In this document: one piece after another, positions 23,855 to 34,820 of the stretch
Numbering within the stretch: the first letter of the stretch is position 1
Layout of the letters: each line of letters starts with the position of its first letter
Source of the DNA: an uncultured Spirochaetota bacterium
Lineage (GTDB): Bacteria > Spirochaetota > Spirochaetia > SZUA-6 > Fen-1364
Length of the DNA stretch: 64,000 nucleotides
Direction: 5' to 3'
NCBI GenBank assembly: GCA_963734545.1
Contig: CAVTHO010000007.1
Location: 576,001 to 640,000, forward strand
The notes under the pieces: generated by a model
Databases searched by the model: none
What the model was told of the DNA's origin: nothing
The model's input: the letters and a program-made list of their open reading frames with translations, nothing else
Translations under genes and position numbers: made by a program

Positions 23855-24292
23855 ATGGACGAGCCCATAGTCAATTGCGCAGGGGGCCTTGGTGCGCTCC
23901 CCGAGTACCAGTCAGAGGGGGCATCGGGCGCGGACGTGCGCGCCCTGCTTCCGCACGACATCGTGCTGAAGCCGGGCCAGCGCGCGCTGGTCCCCACCGG
24001 GCTGCATCTGGAGATCCCGCGCGGCCTCGAGGGACAGGTGCGGCCGCGCTCGGGCCTGGCGGCGAAGAACGGGGTCACGGTGCTGAACGCGCCGGGAACC
24101 ATCGACAGCGACTACCGGGGCGAGCTGAAGGTCGTCCTGGTGAACCTGGGCGAAGCAGATTTCCGGATCAGCACGGGAGACCGGATCGCGCAGATCGTTT
24201 TCTCCCCTGTCGGCCGGGTCTCCTTCCGCCGTACAGGGACGACCGCGGAAACGGGGAGGGGGAGCGGAGGCTTTGGCTCGACCGGGGTGTGA
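23855..24292 (+). CDS. dut: dUTP diphosphatase
   Basis: [27 protein letters not shown]. Confidence 0.96.
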   Translation: MDEPIVNCAGGLGALPEYQSEGASGADVRALLPHDIVLKPGQRALVPTGLHLEIPRGLEGQVRPRSGLAAKNGVTVLNAPGTIDSDYRGELKVVLVNLGEADFRISTGDRIAQIVFSPVGRVSFRRTGTTAETGRGSGGFGSTGV

Positions 24293-25745
24293 GACGAGAC
24301 TTATTCCCGGGCTGGCACTCTTCATCATCGTTGCCCTGCCCTGCGCTGCCCAGCAAAGCTCGATCGAGGCTGCGAAGAATGCATTTTCCCGGGGAGAAAC
24401 GCAGGCCGCGCTGGAGGCGCTTCAGCGGGTCCGGTCCGGTGCTCCCGATCAACCGGTTCTGATCGAATCCCTTGCGTTGAGCGTGCGTTACTCCCTGGCG
24501 GCCGGAGACGCATACAAGGCCTCGTACTTTCTCCAGCTCCTCCAGGAGGCAGCCCCCGGCTCGGCGGCGTCATTCGAAGCCGGCATCGCCGTGGCAGTCT
24601 CCTACTACGACAAGCGATCATGGCGCGCCGCCCTCGAGTATTTCGGGCGCGCGACCGACGGCTTCCGGGAGGGCGTGAGCGGTCAAAGGAGCGTTTTCGA
24701 CCTCGCGCTTCTGCGCTGCGCCGAGCTTTCTCTGTACTTCGCGGAGGATTCCGTCTCCGCGCGCGCCTATTTCCGCAGAATTGTTCCGTCCCACCTGAAC
24801 GATTCAGAGTCGCGCTTGTACAGGGAAATGCGCGTGCGCCTCCTCTGGAGCGTGATATCCGCCGCCCGCCTGGGGCTGGATGATGCAAACGTGTCGAGCC
24901 TCACAGTGGATGGGGACGACCTGTGGGTCGGGACCTGGAACGGGGGGGTGTCGCGGTATTCGGTGTCCTCATCGCACGCCGACCCCTTCCCATTGCCCGC
25001 ATTTTCGCGTTCCATCGAGATTGCGGACCGAAGGGTGTGGATAGGCACGGCGGAAGGTCTTGCATGGTATGGCAAGAGCTCCGGCCGCTGGAGCGCGGAG
25101 GGAGATTTCCAGTCCCCCACGCCCAGGAAGGTACAGGCTGTCCGGCAGGCGGCAGGCACGCTCTACGTGGGAACGCTCGGAGACGGTATGTACCGTCGGG
25201 GAGACACCGGCTGGGAGCAGGTAAGCGATGGCGACCTGCCGGGAAAGTTCATCACCTGCATCGCGACGGACCCGGGAAGCCGGCGGCTATTCATCGGGAC
25301 CATGAACCTGGGCCTCGTGATCTACGATCCGCAGACAGGCGCCATGAGCACACTATCAGAGCTCGTCCCTGCATTCACAACGGAAAACATCGCAACCGTG
25401 ACCGCGGATTCCGAGGGACGTGTATGGATCGGGACATACGGTGAAGGCCTTTCCGTGTGGTCGCCGCGCGCGGGCACGCTCCGCCATTTCACCAGGGCGA
25501 CGAGGGAGATCGCTGACGATTGGATCCTTTCAAGCTGTGAAACGGATCGCGCTTTGTATTTTGGCAGCTTTGGAGGCGGGGTAAGCGTCTTCGTGAAGCA
25601 GACGGAGAGCTGGAAAAGAATGGGGATCCGGGACGGCCTGGCGTCCCTCGACGTTGCCGCCATCGCCTGGCGCCGGCCCTACCTGTTCTTCGGTACCCTT
25701 GGAGCGGGGGTAAGCGTGTACGACGAGGATTCAGATGGCGAATAG
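24289..25745 (+). CDS. Secreted TPR plus beta-propeller (two-component-regulator propeller-like) protein
   Basis: Signal peptide, helical repeats, then repeated LWVGTW/VWIGT/LFIGT/LYFGS blades. Start is uncertain (GTG overlapping the dut stop, with a probable frameshift). Confidence 0.7.
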
Positions 25746-27061
25746 GGCATTGACTTTCGGCCACGGGAAGTGGATGCCTTTCCGGCACAGAAAAACATGG
25801 CTCTACATCGGGCAGGAATACTTCCTTTCCTTCGGGGTCGCCTTCCTCTTCTTCTTTTTCCTGTTCTTCCTGAATCAGGTTCTCGTCATGGCGGAGGAGA
25901 TATTCTCAAAGAAGGTGGCATTCTGGGATGTTCTGAGGCTGGTCATCTATTCCATGCCCGTCGTGATCGCTTTCTCCTTTCCCTTCGGCTCGCTCGTGGG
26001 CGCTCTCATGGCGGTGGGAAGGCTTTCCTCGGACAATGAGCTCCTTGCCTTCGGATCTCTCGGTGTGCCTCCTCGCCAGCTTCTGGCCCCGCTTCTGGTT
26101 CTCGGGCTGGCGTTCTCGCTGGTCTCTTTCGTGATGAACGACTATTTCATGCCGCTGGGCAACCTCCGATTTGCTGAAATCTACCGGCGTATTCTCTACT
26201 CCAACCCGGCGCTGGAGCTGGAGCCGTACTCGGTGAAGCGCTATGAAAACACGACCCTTATCACCGGTTCGGTGGAAGGCCGTCGGATCAACGACATTCT
26301 GATCGTCGACCGCTCCCCGGAAGGCAACCGGAGGATCATTACGGCCCGCGACGCGCGGCTCGAGCAGAGCGCCGATCAGCCCGGTGTCGTCTCCCTTGCC
26401 CTCGACAAAGTCTTTACGCAGCTCAGCTATCCGAAGGAAGGGGACAGGTACGACTACACCCTCTCGGATTCGATGGTGTACACCATACTGTTGAAGAACA
26501 TCACGAGCGCCACAATCGGAGGCCTTACGCCGTCCTCCATGAGCTCCGCAGACGTCTGGAAGCAGATCAACCTCAAGTCCGTGGACCAGCGCAAGGCGCG
26601 AAAGTTGAAAGACGAGCAGGTGGCAAGGCTCACGTTCGGGCTCGCCTCGGGGCTTCGCGCCTCTGAAGCCGTCCTCTCACGGACCCCGGGCAATGGCGGA
26701 GCTGCAGCGCAAGGCTCTCGAACCCCTCTGGAGGGAGCTTGTCGCGGAGAGAAGCCGCACCGTCACGGACCAGAGCCTCCAATCATACCTGGTGGAGTTC
26801 CACAGGAAGTTCTCCATGCCCGCCGCGTGCGTCGTGTTCGCCTTCTTCGCCTTCCCCGTGGGATTGCGGGCGCGGCGCAGCGGCCGTACCGTCGGATTTG
26901 GCGTGGGACTCTTCGTGGCCATCGTGTACTGGGGGCTGCTGATCGCCGGTCAGACATTCGGCGTGCGCATGTCCCTCGCGCCGGCCTTTTCCATGTGGCT
27001 GCCCGACGCAGCGGTGCTCCTGGCAGGTGTGATCTTTTTCGTGCGGAGGGCGTCCCGATGA
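25735..27061 (+). CDS. lptF: LptF/YjgP family permease (frameshift near 26690)
   Basis: GRLSSDNELLA, then EFHRKFSMPAAC and MWLPD in the second frame. Confidence 0.85.
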
Positions 27062-28137
27062 GGCTCCTGTACGGCATGCTGCTGAAACAGTTCCTCCCCA
27101 TCCTTCTCGTGGCGCTCCTGTTCTTCGTGCTCCTTCTCCAGCTCATCGACGTGTTCGGCAGCATCTGGCGGTATTTCGCGCACAATGTGGGAGTGCGCCA
27201 GGTGGCGTGGATCGCGCTGCTGTACCTGCCCAAGTGCATCTCTTTTGCGCTCCCCGTTTCGTTTCTCTTCGCGATTTCCTACACGCTGGGAATCTTCTAC
27301 GGAAACAACGAGCTCTTCGCGATCTTCGGCTCAGGGGTGAGCCTGCACAGGCTGGTCGTCCCCTTCCTGGTCCTCGGCATGCTCTTGAGCGTGGGAGCGT
27401 TCTTCTTCGATGATACGATCGTCATCCCCACGTTCCAGATGAAGAACGAGGCCTATGCGCAGGCCGTGAAGCAGATCACGTCTCTCAGCCAGTCGAATGT
27501 GACCGTGACGAGCCCCGACCAGCGCGTCATCTACATCTCCGACTACTACAACGACGCGCAGAAGAGGCTGACCGGCGTCACCGTGGTCGTGCGGGACGCG
27601 CAGATGAACCTGGTCAGCCGCGCGGACGCGCAGTGGGCGGAATGGGTCAACAACCGATGGGTGCTTCACGTGTGCAGGACATTCACGTGGGATCCGGCCG
27701 CCCGGCTTCTTTCCGCAGAAACCAGGGACACCTACGATTCGCCGGAGCTCGTGGAGCCTCCGGACACTTTCCGCAAGCTCGCCCGCAGCATCGCGGAAAT
27801 GAACCGGGCGGAATCCCAGCGGTACGTCGCGCTCATCCGCAAGGCGGGGCTTCCCTACCGCGAGGTGCTGACCGATTATTATCGGAAGTATTCCTTCGCC
27901 TTTACGCCGCTCATCGTCGCCTTCATTGCGAGCAGCCTCGGCAGCACGTTCAAGAAGAACATCCTCCTCATGAGTCTGCTCTCCGCGCTCGTGATCTCGG
28001 TCGCATTCTACGTGTCGCAGATGGTGGCGGCGATACTCTCGAAAAACGGCTTTATTCCCCCTCTTGCGGGAGCCTGGTCCCCCTTTACCGTGTTCATGGC
28101 CCTGGGATTCCTGCTGTTCAGGACAGCGCGCTCCTGA
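27058..28137 (+). CDS. lptG: LptG/YjgQ family permease
   Basis: NNELFAIFGSGVS and PPLAGAWSP; six-TM pattern; paired with lptF. Confidence 0.85.
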   Translation: MRLLYGMLLKQFLPILLVALLFFVLLLQLIDVFGSIWRYFAHNVGVRQVAWIALLYLPKCISFALPVSFLFAISYTLGIFYGNNELFAIFGSGVSLHRLVVPFLVLGMLLSVGAFFFDDTIVIPTFQMKNEAYAQAVKQITSLSQSNVTVTSPDQRVIYISDYYNDAQKRLTGVTVVVRDAQMNLVSRADAQWAEWVNNRWVLHVCRTFTWDPAARLLSAETRDTYDSPELVEPPDTFRKLARSIAEMNRAESQRYVALIRKAGLPYREVLTDYYRKYSFAFTPLIVAFIASSLGSTFKKNILLMSLLSALVISVAFYVSQMVAAILSKNGFIPPLAGAWSPFTVFMALGFLLFRTARS

Positions 28138-29270
28138 TGCGTGCTCTGACCTTTTCCCTGCGGCACCGCGATCCCGGCTGCCGTGCGCGCACGGGGGCAA
28201 TTGCGCTGAATCATGGGACGGTCTCCACGCCGTGCTTCATGCCGGTCGGGACGAATGCCACCGTGAAGGCAATGCGCAACGGTGACCTCGAGGATCTCGG
28301 GGTGAACATGATCCTGGGAAATACCTACCACCTTTACCTGCGGCCGGGACGGGAAGTCATCGGCCGGGCAGGCGGCCTCCATGCGTTCATGGGATGGCGG
28401 CACAATCTTTTGACCGATTCCGGAGGGTACCAGGTGTTTTCCCTTTCCTCATTCCGAAAAGTGGAAGAGGAGGGGGTCTCGTTCCGGTCGCACATCGACG
28501 GTTCGTCCCACACCCTTACGCCGGAGGACGTGATCGATATCCAGACGACATTTGGCAGCGATGTGATGATGCCCCTGGACGAATGCACCTCGCCCGGCAT
28601 CCCGCGAGAGGATGCCGCGCAGGCCATGCGGCGCACCACGGACTGGCTGCGCAGGAGCAGGGACAGATGGCGCGAGCGGGATGCGCCATTCTCGGGACAG
28701 CTTTTCGGCATCATGCAGGGCAATTTCCACCAGGATCTGCGCAGGGCGAGCGCGGAGCAGATCTCCGCCCTGGATCTGCCCGGGTACGCCATCGGAGGCC
28801 TTTCCGTAGGAGAAGAGTTTCCCGTATTCAGGGACTTTCTGCATTTTTCAGCGGAGCTGCTTCCTGACGCAAAGCCGAAATACCTCATGGGGATCGGAAC
28901 GCCGGAGTATATTCTCGAGGCTGTTGAAGCGGGAATCGATCTTTTTGACTGCGTATTCCCCACCCGCACCGCGCGCAATGCCCAGGTCTTCACGTTTTCA
29001 GGACCCCTTTCGCTGCGCAATGAGAAGTATCGGACGGATTTCCAGCCCATCGACGAGGAATGCCGGTGCGAGACCTGCCGAAACCACACCCGCGCGTACT
29101 TGAGACACCTGTTCAAAGCGCGGGAGATCGAGGCCGCCGTGCTTGCCACATTCCACAACCTCGCGTTCATCCAGGGCCTGGTCCGCTCCATCCGGGAAGC
29201 GATCAGGCAGGGAGAGTTCCCGCGCTTCAAGCAGAAGTTCCTGGCTCGATACGCGGGAGGAAACGAGTAG
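28137..29270 (+). CDS. tgt: tRNA-guanine transglycosylase
   Basis: TPCFMPVGT, NTYHLYLRPG, TDSGGYQ, FDCVFPTR, CxCxxC zinc site. Confidence 0.96.
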   Translation: MRALTFSLRHRDPGCRARTGAIALNHGTVSTPCFMPVGTNATVKAMRNGDLEDLGVNMILGNTYHLYLRPGREVIGRAGGLHAFMGWRHNLLTDSGGYQVFSLSSFRKVEEEGVSFRSHIDGSSHTLTPEDVIDIQTTFGSDVMMPLDECTSPGIPREDAAQAMRRTTDWLRRSRDRWRERDAPFSGQLFGIMQGNFHQDLRRASAEQISALDLPGYAIGGLSVGEEFPVFRDFLHFSAELLPDAKPKYLMGIGTPEYILEAVEAGIDLFDCVFPTRTARNAQVFTFSGPLSLRNEKYRTDFQPIDEECRCETCRNHTRAYLRHLFKAREIEAAVLATFHNLAFIQGLVRSIREAIRQGEFPRFKQKFLARYAGGNE

Positions 29271-29275
29271 GGCTC

Positions 29276-30148
29276 ATGCCGAAAAACGAGAAGGGACCTG
29301 GATCAATGAGCGTGTGCCGCGGGATCTGTCTTTCATGCTGGCTCCTGCTCCCTTCGCCGTTTCTCTTCGCGCAGGCGGCAGGCCCTGCCACGCTCGCGGT
29401 ACACCCGGCTCTCCACGCGAGCTCCTCGCTGCCGGTGGAGACGCCCGGACCCTTTCCCTCACCTCCCGGCAGCATCATCCGTGCCGCTCTTGCCTACAGG
29501 GGCGTGCCGTATGTGAGCGGGGGGGAATCACGACAGGGCCTCGATTGCTCAGGGCTCATTTACCGGGTATTCCATGACGAGGCCGGGCTCGATCTGCCGC
29601 GAGGCGTGCAGGCTCTTTTCAGGGCAGGTCCCCCCGCAGCGAGCCCACTCCACCTCGGCGACCTCGTGTTCTTCGACACCACGGCGGATGCATCACCTGC
29701 CTCTCCCACGCACGTGGGGGTGTACGCCGGGGCGGGTGCGTTCGTGCACGCTGCCTCGGAGGGATCGCGTACCGGTGTGATCGTCTCCACGTTGAGCAAT
29801 CCGTACTATCGGGACAGGTTCCTTGGCGCGCGCCGGTTCGTGCAGTGGCGCGCTCCCGTCCTCTCCCTCACCTTGACCGACAACCACAGGTCCCTGGTCC
29901 AGACCAGCCCGTTCCCGTCACGAGAGGAAATGAAGATCCGCGTCTCCAACGGAATGACGGGCGGGGGGCCGCTGGACCTTACGTTGCTGAAGGACGGTGT
30001 GCGCATGCTCGACGCGCGGATTTCCCCCTCCGCGCAGAGGCCTTCTGAAATCAGCCTTTTTCCGGACGCAGGTCAGTGGACGGTGCGCGTGTCGCGCATC
30101 TTCAAAGGCCGCGAGCTGCAGAACGTGACATTCTCGGTGGAAGAGTAG
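29276..30148 (+). CDS. NlpC/P60 (C40) cell-wall peptidase with C-terminal beta domain
   Basis: GLDCSG, GDLVFF, HVGVY, FVHA. Confidence 0.88.
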   Translation: MPKNEKGPGSMSVCRGICLSCWLLLPSPFLFAQAAGPATLAVHPALHASSSLPVETPGPFPSPPGSIIRAALAYRGVPYVSGGESRQGLDCSGLIYRVFHDEAGLDLPRGVQALFRAGPPAASPLHLGDLVFFDTTADASPASPTHVGVYAGAGAFVHAASEGSRTGVIVSTLSNPYYRDRFLGARRFVQWRAPVLSLTLTDNHRSLVQTSPFPSREEMKIRVSNGMTGGGPLDLTLLKDGVRMLDARISPSAQRPSEISLFPDAGQWTVRVSRIFKGRELQNVTFSVEE

Positions 30149-30151
30149 AGC

Positions 30152-31723
30152 ATGGGAGGGGAGCAGCACGCCGTCGACGCCCGATCCAGAACGCTTACAA
30201 CGATCCTGGTCATGGTGTGCACGGCGGCTTCCCGCCTGTTCGGGTACGTCCGGCAGGCGCTCATCGGCATCTACTTCGGTGATGCGGGCGCCGCGGACGC
30301 AATGAACGCCGTCTTTACCATCCCCAACAATCTCCGAAAGCTGTTCGCGGAAGGGGCCTTTTCCTCCGCTTTCATTCCGGTGCTCTCCTCGACGATCGAG
30401 GAAGACCCATCCGGGAAAAGGTCCCGGGACCTTGTCCGCACCCTTATCGCATTCCAGCTCCTCGTGCTCGTTCCCCTCGTCGGCCTGAGTCTGGTCTTTC
30501 CGAGAGCGTTCGTGGACCTGCTGACCAGGTTCAAGGATCCGACAAAGGTCGAAATGGGCGTGCAGCTCATGCGGTGGATGTTCAACTACATCCTTCTCGT
30601 CTCGTTGAGCGCCCTGGTCATGGCCGTGCTGAACTCGCACGGCAAGTTCGCGATCTCCGCCCTGAGCCCGCTGATGTTCACCCTGGCGACCGTGCTCTCC
30701 CTGTTTTTCTTCCACGACAGGCTTGGCATTGTCGCGCAGGGAGTCGGTGTGCTCGCGGGAGGCATTCTCCAGCTTCTCTGCCAGCTCCCCTCCCTCCGGC
30801 GGCAGGGATACCGGTTCTGGCCCAGCTTCAGGTTCAACAATCCGGACCTTGTGAGGACCGCAAAGCTGTGGGTGCCCTACCTTGCTTCCGCTTCCATCGT
30901 CGCAATCAATCAGTACGTCGCGACTCTGTTCGCAAGCGGTCTGGAGGATGGAAGCGTGACGGCGATCGCCAACTCGGTCATGTTTCTCCAGATCCCCCTG
31001 GGGATCTTCATGACATCCGTTGCCACCGTCCAGTTTCCGAAGATGAGCCGGCAGGCCGCCGCGCAGGATACGGAAGGGCTGCGGGGGTCCGTGTCGTACG
31101 GCATACGGTTCATCATTATTCTGCTCGTTCCCTCCGCGGTGCTCCTCTGCCTGTTCGGCAGGGAGATCATTTCGGCAACCATCCAGAGGGGGCAATTCAG
31201 GCCGCAGGGCACCCTGCTGGCTTCCCGGGCGCTTACGGCCTACGCGCTGGGGCTCGTCAGCATGGGTCTCTATACTTTCCTGCAGAGGCTGTTCAATTCC
31301 TTCAAGAGCTTCGCCGTACCGATCGCCAGCGCGGGTGTCATTGCGGTCATCGACATCGTGCTCTCGCTCATCCTGAAGGAGACGCCGCTGCGCGTCAGCG
31401 GGCTCGCCTACGCGAACACGATTGCGTTCACGGCGGGAATGATCTTGCTCATGGTGCTGGCCAGGCGTAGACTGGGCGGACTGGGGATGGCCTCGATCCT
31501 CAGCACGCTGGGCAAATCGATCCTCGGATCCCTGCCCATGGCGGCACTGCTCCTGGCATTCCTGCGCTGGAAACCGGACGCCTGGGTCCACGGGGGGTCA
31601 TTGGGCACAACAGCGTTATTTGCGGCCGTGGTGGCCGTTGCGGTATGTATCACCCTTCTGATGTATGTCCTTCTGCGGGTTCCCTTCCTCGCAGACCTTT
31701 TCAGGAAACGGCAGAAGACATGA
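30152..31723 (+). CDS. murJ: Lipid II flippase MurJ (MviN)
   Basis: SRLFGYVR and PNNLRKLFAEGAFSSAFIP; multi-TM protein. Confidence 0.94.
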   Translation: MGGEQHAVDARSRTLTTILVMVCTAASRLFGYVRQALIGIYFGDAGAADAMNAVFTIPNNLRKLFAEGAFSSAFIPVLSSTIEEDPSGKRSRDLVRTLIAFQLLVLVPLVGLSLVFPRAFVDLLTRFKDPTKVEMGVQLMRWMFNYILLVSLSALVMAVLNSHGKFAISALSPLMFTLATVLSLFFFHDRLGIVAQGVGVLAGGILQLLCQLPSLRRQGYRFWPSFRFNNPDLVRTAKLWVPYLASASIVAINQYVATLFASGLEDGSVTAIANSVMFLQIPLGIFMTSVATVQFPKMSRQAAAQDTEGLRGSVSYGIRFIIILLVPSAVLLCLFGREIISATIQRGQFRPQGTLLASRALTAYALGLVSMGLYTFLQRLFNSFKSFAVPIASAGVIAVIDIVLSLILKETPLRVSGLAYANTIAFTAGMILLMVLARRRLGGLGMASILSTLGKSILGSLPMAALLLAFLRWKPDAWVHGGSLGTTALFAAVVAVAVCITLLMYVLLRVPFLADLFRKRQKT

Positions 31724-33057
31724 AAAGATTCGCCTCGGCACTCGCCCTGCTCGCCGCCTGCGCGCACCTCCTGAGCGCCGCGGACAACGCGGCGCTCGCC
31801 GAAAAGACGCGCCAGACCCTCCTGTACGGAATCGACAGCCAGGTGCTGGAGGTCATCCAGTCCCTCAAAACCGGCCGCGACTCCGGATTCACCAGGGAGT
31901 TGAGCGAAATCCTTGCCGGTCAGCGGTCCACGGCGCTTCGAAAGGCGGTACTCGAGCTTTTCCTGGAGCAGAAAGTCAGGGAAGGGGAGGGGCCTGCAAG
32001 AGAGATCCTGACGGAGTGGCAGGATGCTCCTTCGGACCTGCTCGTGGCAGCCATACGGTATCTTGCCTCGACGGGAGGAACCTCCGGGCTTGCCGACGCG
32101 CTTTCTCCGCTGGTAGATGCAAGCGACGCAGCGGTGGCATCAGCCGCAATCGAAGCGCTGGGCAAGACGGGCAACGCAGCCAGCGTGACGCTCCTCGTCG
32201 CCCGGCTCTCGAGCACGGACTTCCCTGATGCGCGCAAGTCGGCCGTCATCCTGGCGCTCGGCGAGTTGAAGGACAACCATGCGGTGGACCGGTTGATGGC
32301 AATCGCCCAAAGCCAGGACGAGGACAAGGTGCGCAGGATGTACGCGGCGGACGCCCTGGGCAAGATCGGCGATCCCCGCGCCCTTCCCGTGCTGAAGGCC
32401 ATGTTCGACGAGCCCGACGCGCTCATCCGGCTCTATGCCGCCTCGGCTCTCGCCCGGTTCGGCCTCGATTCGGTCTTCCCGATCCTGATCCAGGCCCTGA
32501 GAGACGAGAACTGGAAAGTCCGCGAGCAGAGCGCAAGGTCTCTGGCGCGGCCGCTGTCCTCCAGCCAGGCAGCCGCGGCAGTGCCCATACTCACGTTCAA
32601 GGCGGAGAGCGATCCGATCAGCCAGGTGCGCGTCGCGTCCATCCAGGCATTGGGAGAGATCGGCGGTGATGCGCCGATGAAGGCCCTCGTGGCCATTTAC
32701 GCGGGCTCGGATCACCCGCTGGAAAGCAGGGAAGCGGCGCTCGGTATCGTTGCGAAAAAATCTCTCTCGTCGGGCCTTGACGCGGTGCGCCGCGTGATCA
32801 GCGACGAATGGAAATCCTATGATCAGCGGGCCATCGAATTCACGGCAAAAGTGCTCTCCACCGTGAACGCGGCGGAGCTCAGGGACATATTCGTCCGTTT
32901 CCTGGACAGTCCGGACGCCGTGGTACGCTCCTACGGGTGCCGGGGAATCGCGGAGAACCATTTCTCCGACCTGAGAGAAAGGCTCCGGCTGATGTCGGAG
33001 AAGGACCCCAACCCCGGCACGCGGAAGGAAGCCGAGCTCAGCCTGGCAAAGCTCTAG
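31720..33057 (+). CDS. Secreted HEAT-repeat (PBS-lyase-like) protein
   Basis: Signal peptide and repeated AxxALGxxG units. Confidence 0.82.
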   Translation: MKRFASALALLAACAHLLSAADNAALAEKTRQTLLYGIDSQVLEVIQSLKTGRDSGFTRELSEILAGQRSTALRKAVLELFLEQKVREGEGPAREILTEWQDAPSDLLVAAIRYLASTGGTSGLADALSPLVDASDAAVASAAIEALGKTGNAASVTLLVARLSSTDFPDARKSAVILALGELKDNHAVDRLMAIAQSQDEDKVRRMYAADALGKIGDPRALPVLKAMFDEPDALIRLYAASALARFGLDSVFPILIQALRDENWKVREQSARSLARPLSSSQAAAAVPILTFKAESDPISQVRVASIQALGEIGGDAPMKALVAIYAGSDHPLESREAALGIVAKKSLSSGLDAVRRVISDEWKSYDQRAIEFTAKVLSTVNAAELRDIFVRFLDSPDAVVRSYGCRGIAENHFSDLRERLRLMSEKDPNPGTRKEAELSLAKL

Positions 33058-33067
33058 ACCATCTCCC

Positions 33068-34820
33068 CTACATGCCCGCGCTTTTCGCCTGCCTCAACAA
33101 ATTGTTGATCTCATCCAGCGGCGACACCCACTGACGGAAGTACAGGGACAATTCCATGCCGCGCGGGCTCACGAACGGGATCTCCTTTCCAAGGCAGTCC
33201 TCCACGGGCCCGGAAAGCGTGGGAAAGAGCTCGGCTTTCAAGGCGGTGAACACGTACCGGCCGTCGACATTGCGGATCTCCGCGATCGAGGAGGGAACCG
33301 GCACGAGGAACACGAGGTAGGACGAGAACCTGCCCCCGACGCTGCGCGCCGCGCCCGGTGAGATGCGATGGACGTTGCGGAAGCCGACGCGGTGATTCTG
33401 CAGCCCCACGCGCATCTCGATGAGCGCGGGAAGAGTGGCCTGCTGCATGTGCTGCCGCGGCAGGGCTCTCTTGAGGCTCGTGACGGTCGGCCGAACGCGT
33501 CTGCCGGGAATTGCGGGGGGGCAGCCGGGCCGGTCCGGGCGCCGAGAAGGGGCACAAGCTTGCGGCCGCCCGCATGCGCAGCGGGCGCTCCGGGCGACCG
33601 GCAGCGTCTCCGCCTTACGCCGCCGCGCCCCGGCGGCAGTCCTGCCCGCAGGCACGGCTCTGGCAGACTGCGGGACCGGCGCCTCCACGAGTTTCTTCCG
33701 CAAGAGAAGAAACAGCCTCACCAGCAGGTAGATCAGGGCGATTCCGAGCACGATGTAGAGCACGTAGAGGAAGGTAAGCCGAGGGATGGGGATCCCGCCT
33801 TTGCCCGTGTAGGTGAACGAGAGAGTTCCCGCTGTCGGGGAGATGCGAAGGTCGTCCTGGAACACGAGCTGGACGTGTATCGTCTGGTCTCCGCGGGGGA
33901 AGGAAAGGGGCAGGCGGAGGGGAGCGTCCAGAGATGCCTCACCCATCGCAGGGACCGTGAGCGCGACCTTCTTTTCCAGAAGGTCCAGACCGTCGCTCTG
34001 GATTCCCGACAACCGGACGATGATGGGCTCGTTCCTCCAGTTCTTCACTTTGAAGGGGGCATTGAACCTGTTGCCGACCTTCCCGAGATTGGGCGGAAAA
34101 GTCAGATTGGGAAACCCGGTCGTGCGCCCGGTGACATTCTCTCTGTCGCTCACCGTGTAGGGAACGATTGACACCCCCAGTGTCTGGGCGATGTCGGAAA
34201 GATAGCTCTTCGCGCCTTCCTCGCCCGGCGCAGGCTGGGGCGGGACTTTCAGGATGTCCAGGGTCCAGCCTTCTTTTTTCATGGCCTGGGTCGCGTCCAG
34301 TATTGCGGCGCGAATGCTTTCAGGGCTTCCCCGGTTGGGGCTTCCCGGGAGGAGGATCGTGCACTCCGTCCGTGATGAGCAGGATCTGCTTCGGGTTGGT
34401 CTCGGGCAGCTCCTTGGTGTACTTGTTCAGGAACTGCAGCGCGGAAACCAGGTCCGTGTAGCGCCCGAGCGCGTGCAGGAGCAGGATGCGGCCGAACGCC
34501 CTCTGCGCGGCCTCCTCGCTGTTCACCTCCAGGGAGATCTCGACCTCCGGAGCGCTGGAGAAGCTCAGGAGGTGGAAGGTGTCCCCGCGGTGCAGCTTCT
34601 CGGTGAGCAGGTCCTGGACGAGGTAGTTCATCAGGTCGTCGAAGTAGGGGAACATGCTCTCCGACGTGTCCACCATGACGACCAGGTCGATATTCGCGGC
34701 GGGCAGCGGCGCAGCGGCGCCCGCCAGGAGCGCGAAGACCGCCAAGACAAGCAGGGTACGTGCACGGTGCCCCGCGTCCCTGAAAGACTGCCGCCCGGGG
34801 CGGCCTTTGGAGCTTTTCAT
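33068..34820 (-). CDS. Membrane-anchored vWA-domain protein (frameshifts near 34320 and 33570)
   Basis: Signal peptide, MIDAS motif DTSESM, LITDG, a TM helix and a cytoplasmic C-terminal domain. Confidence 0.75.
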
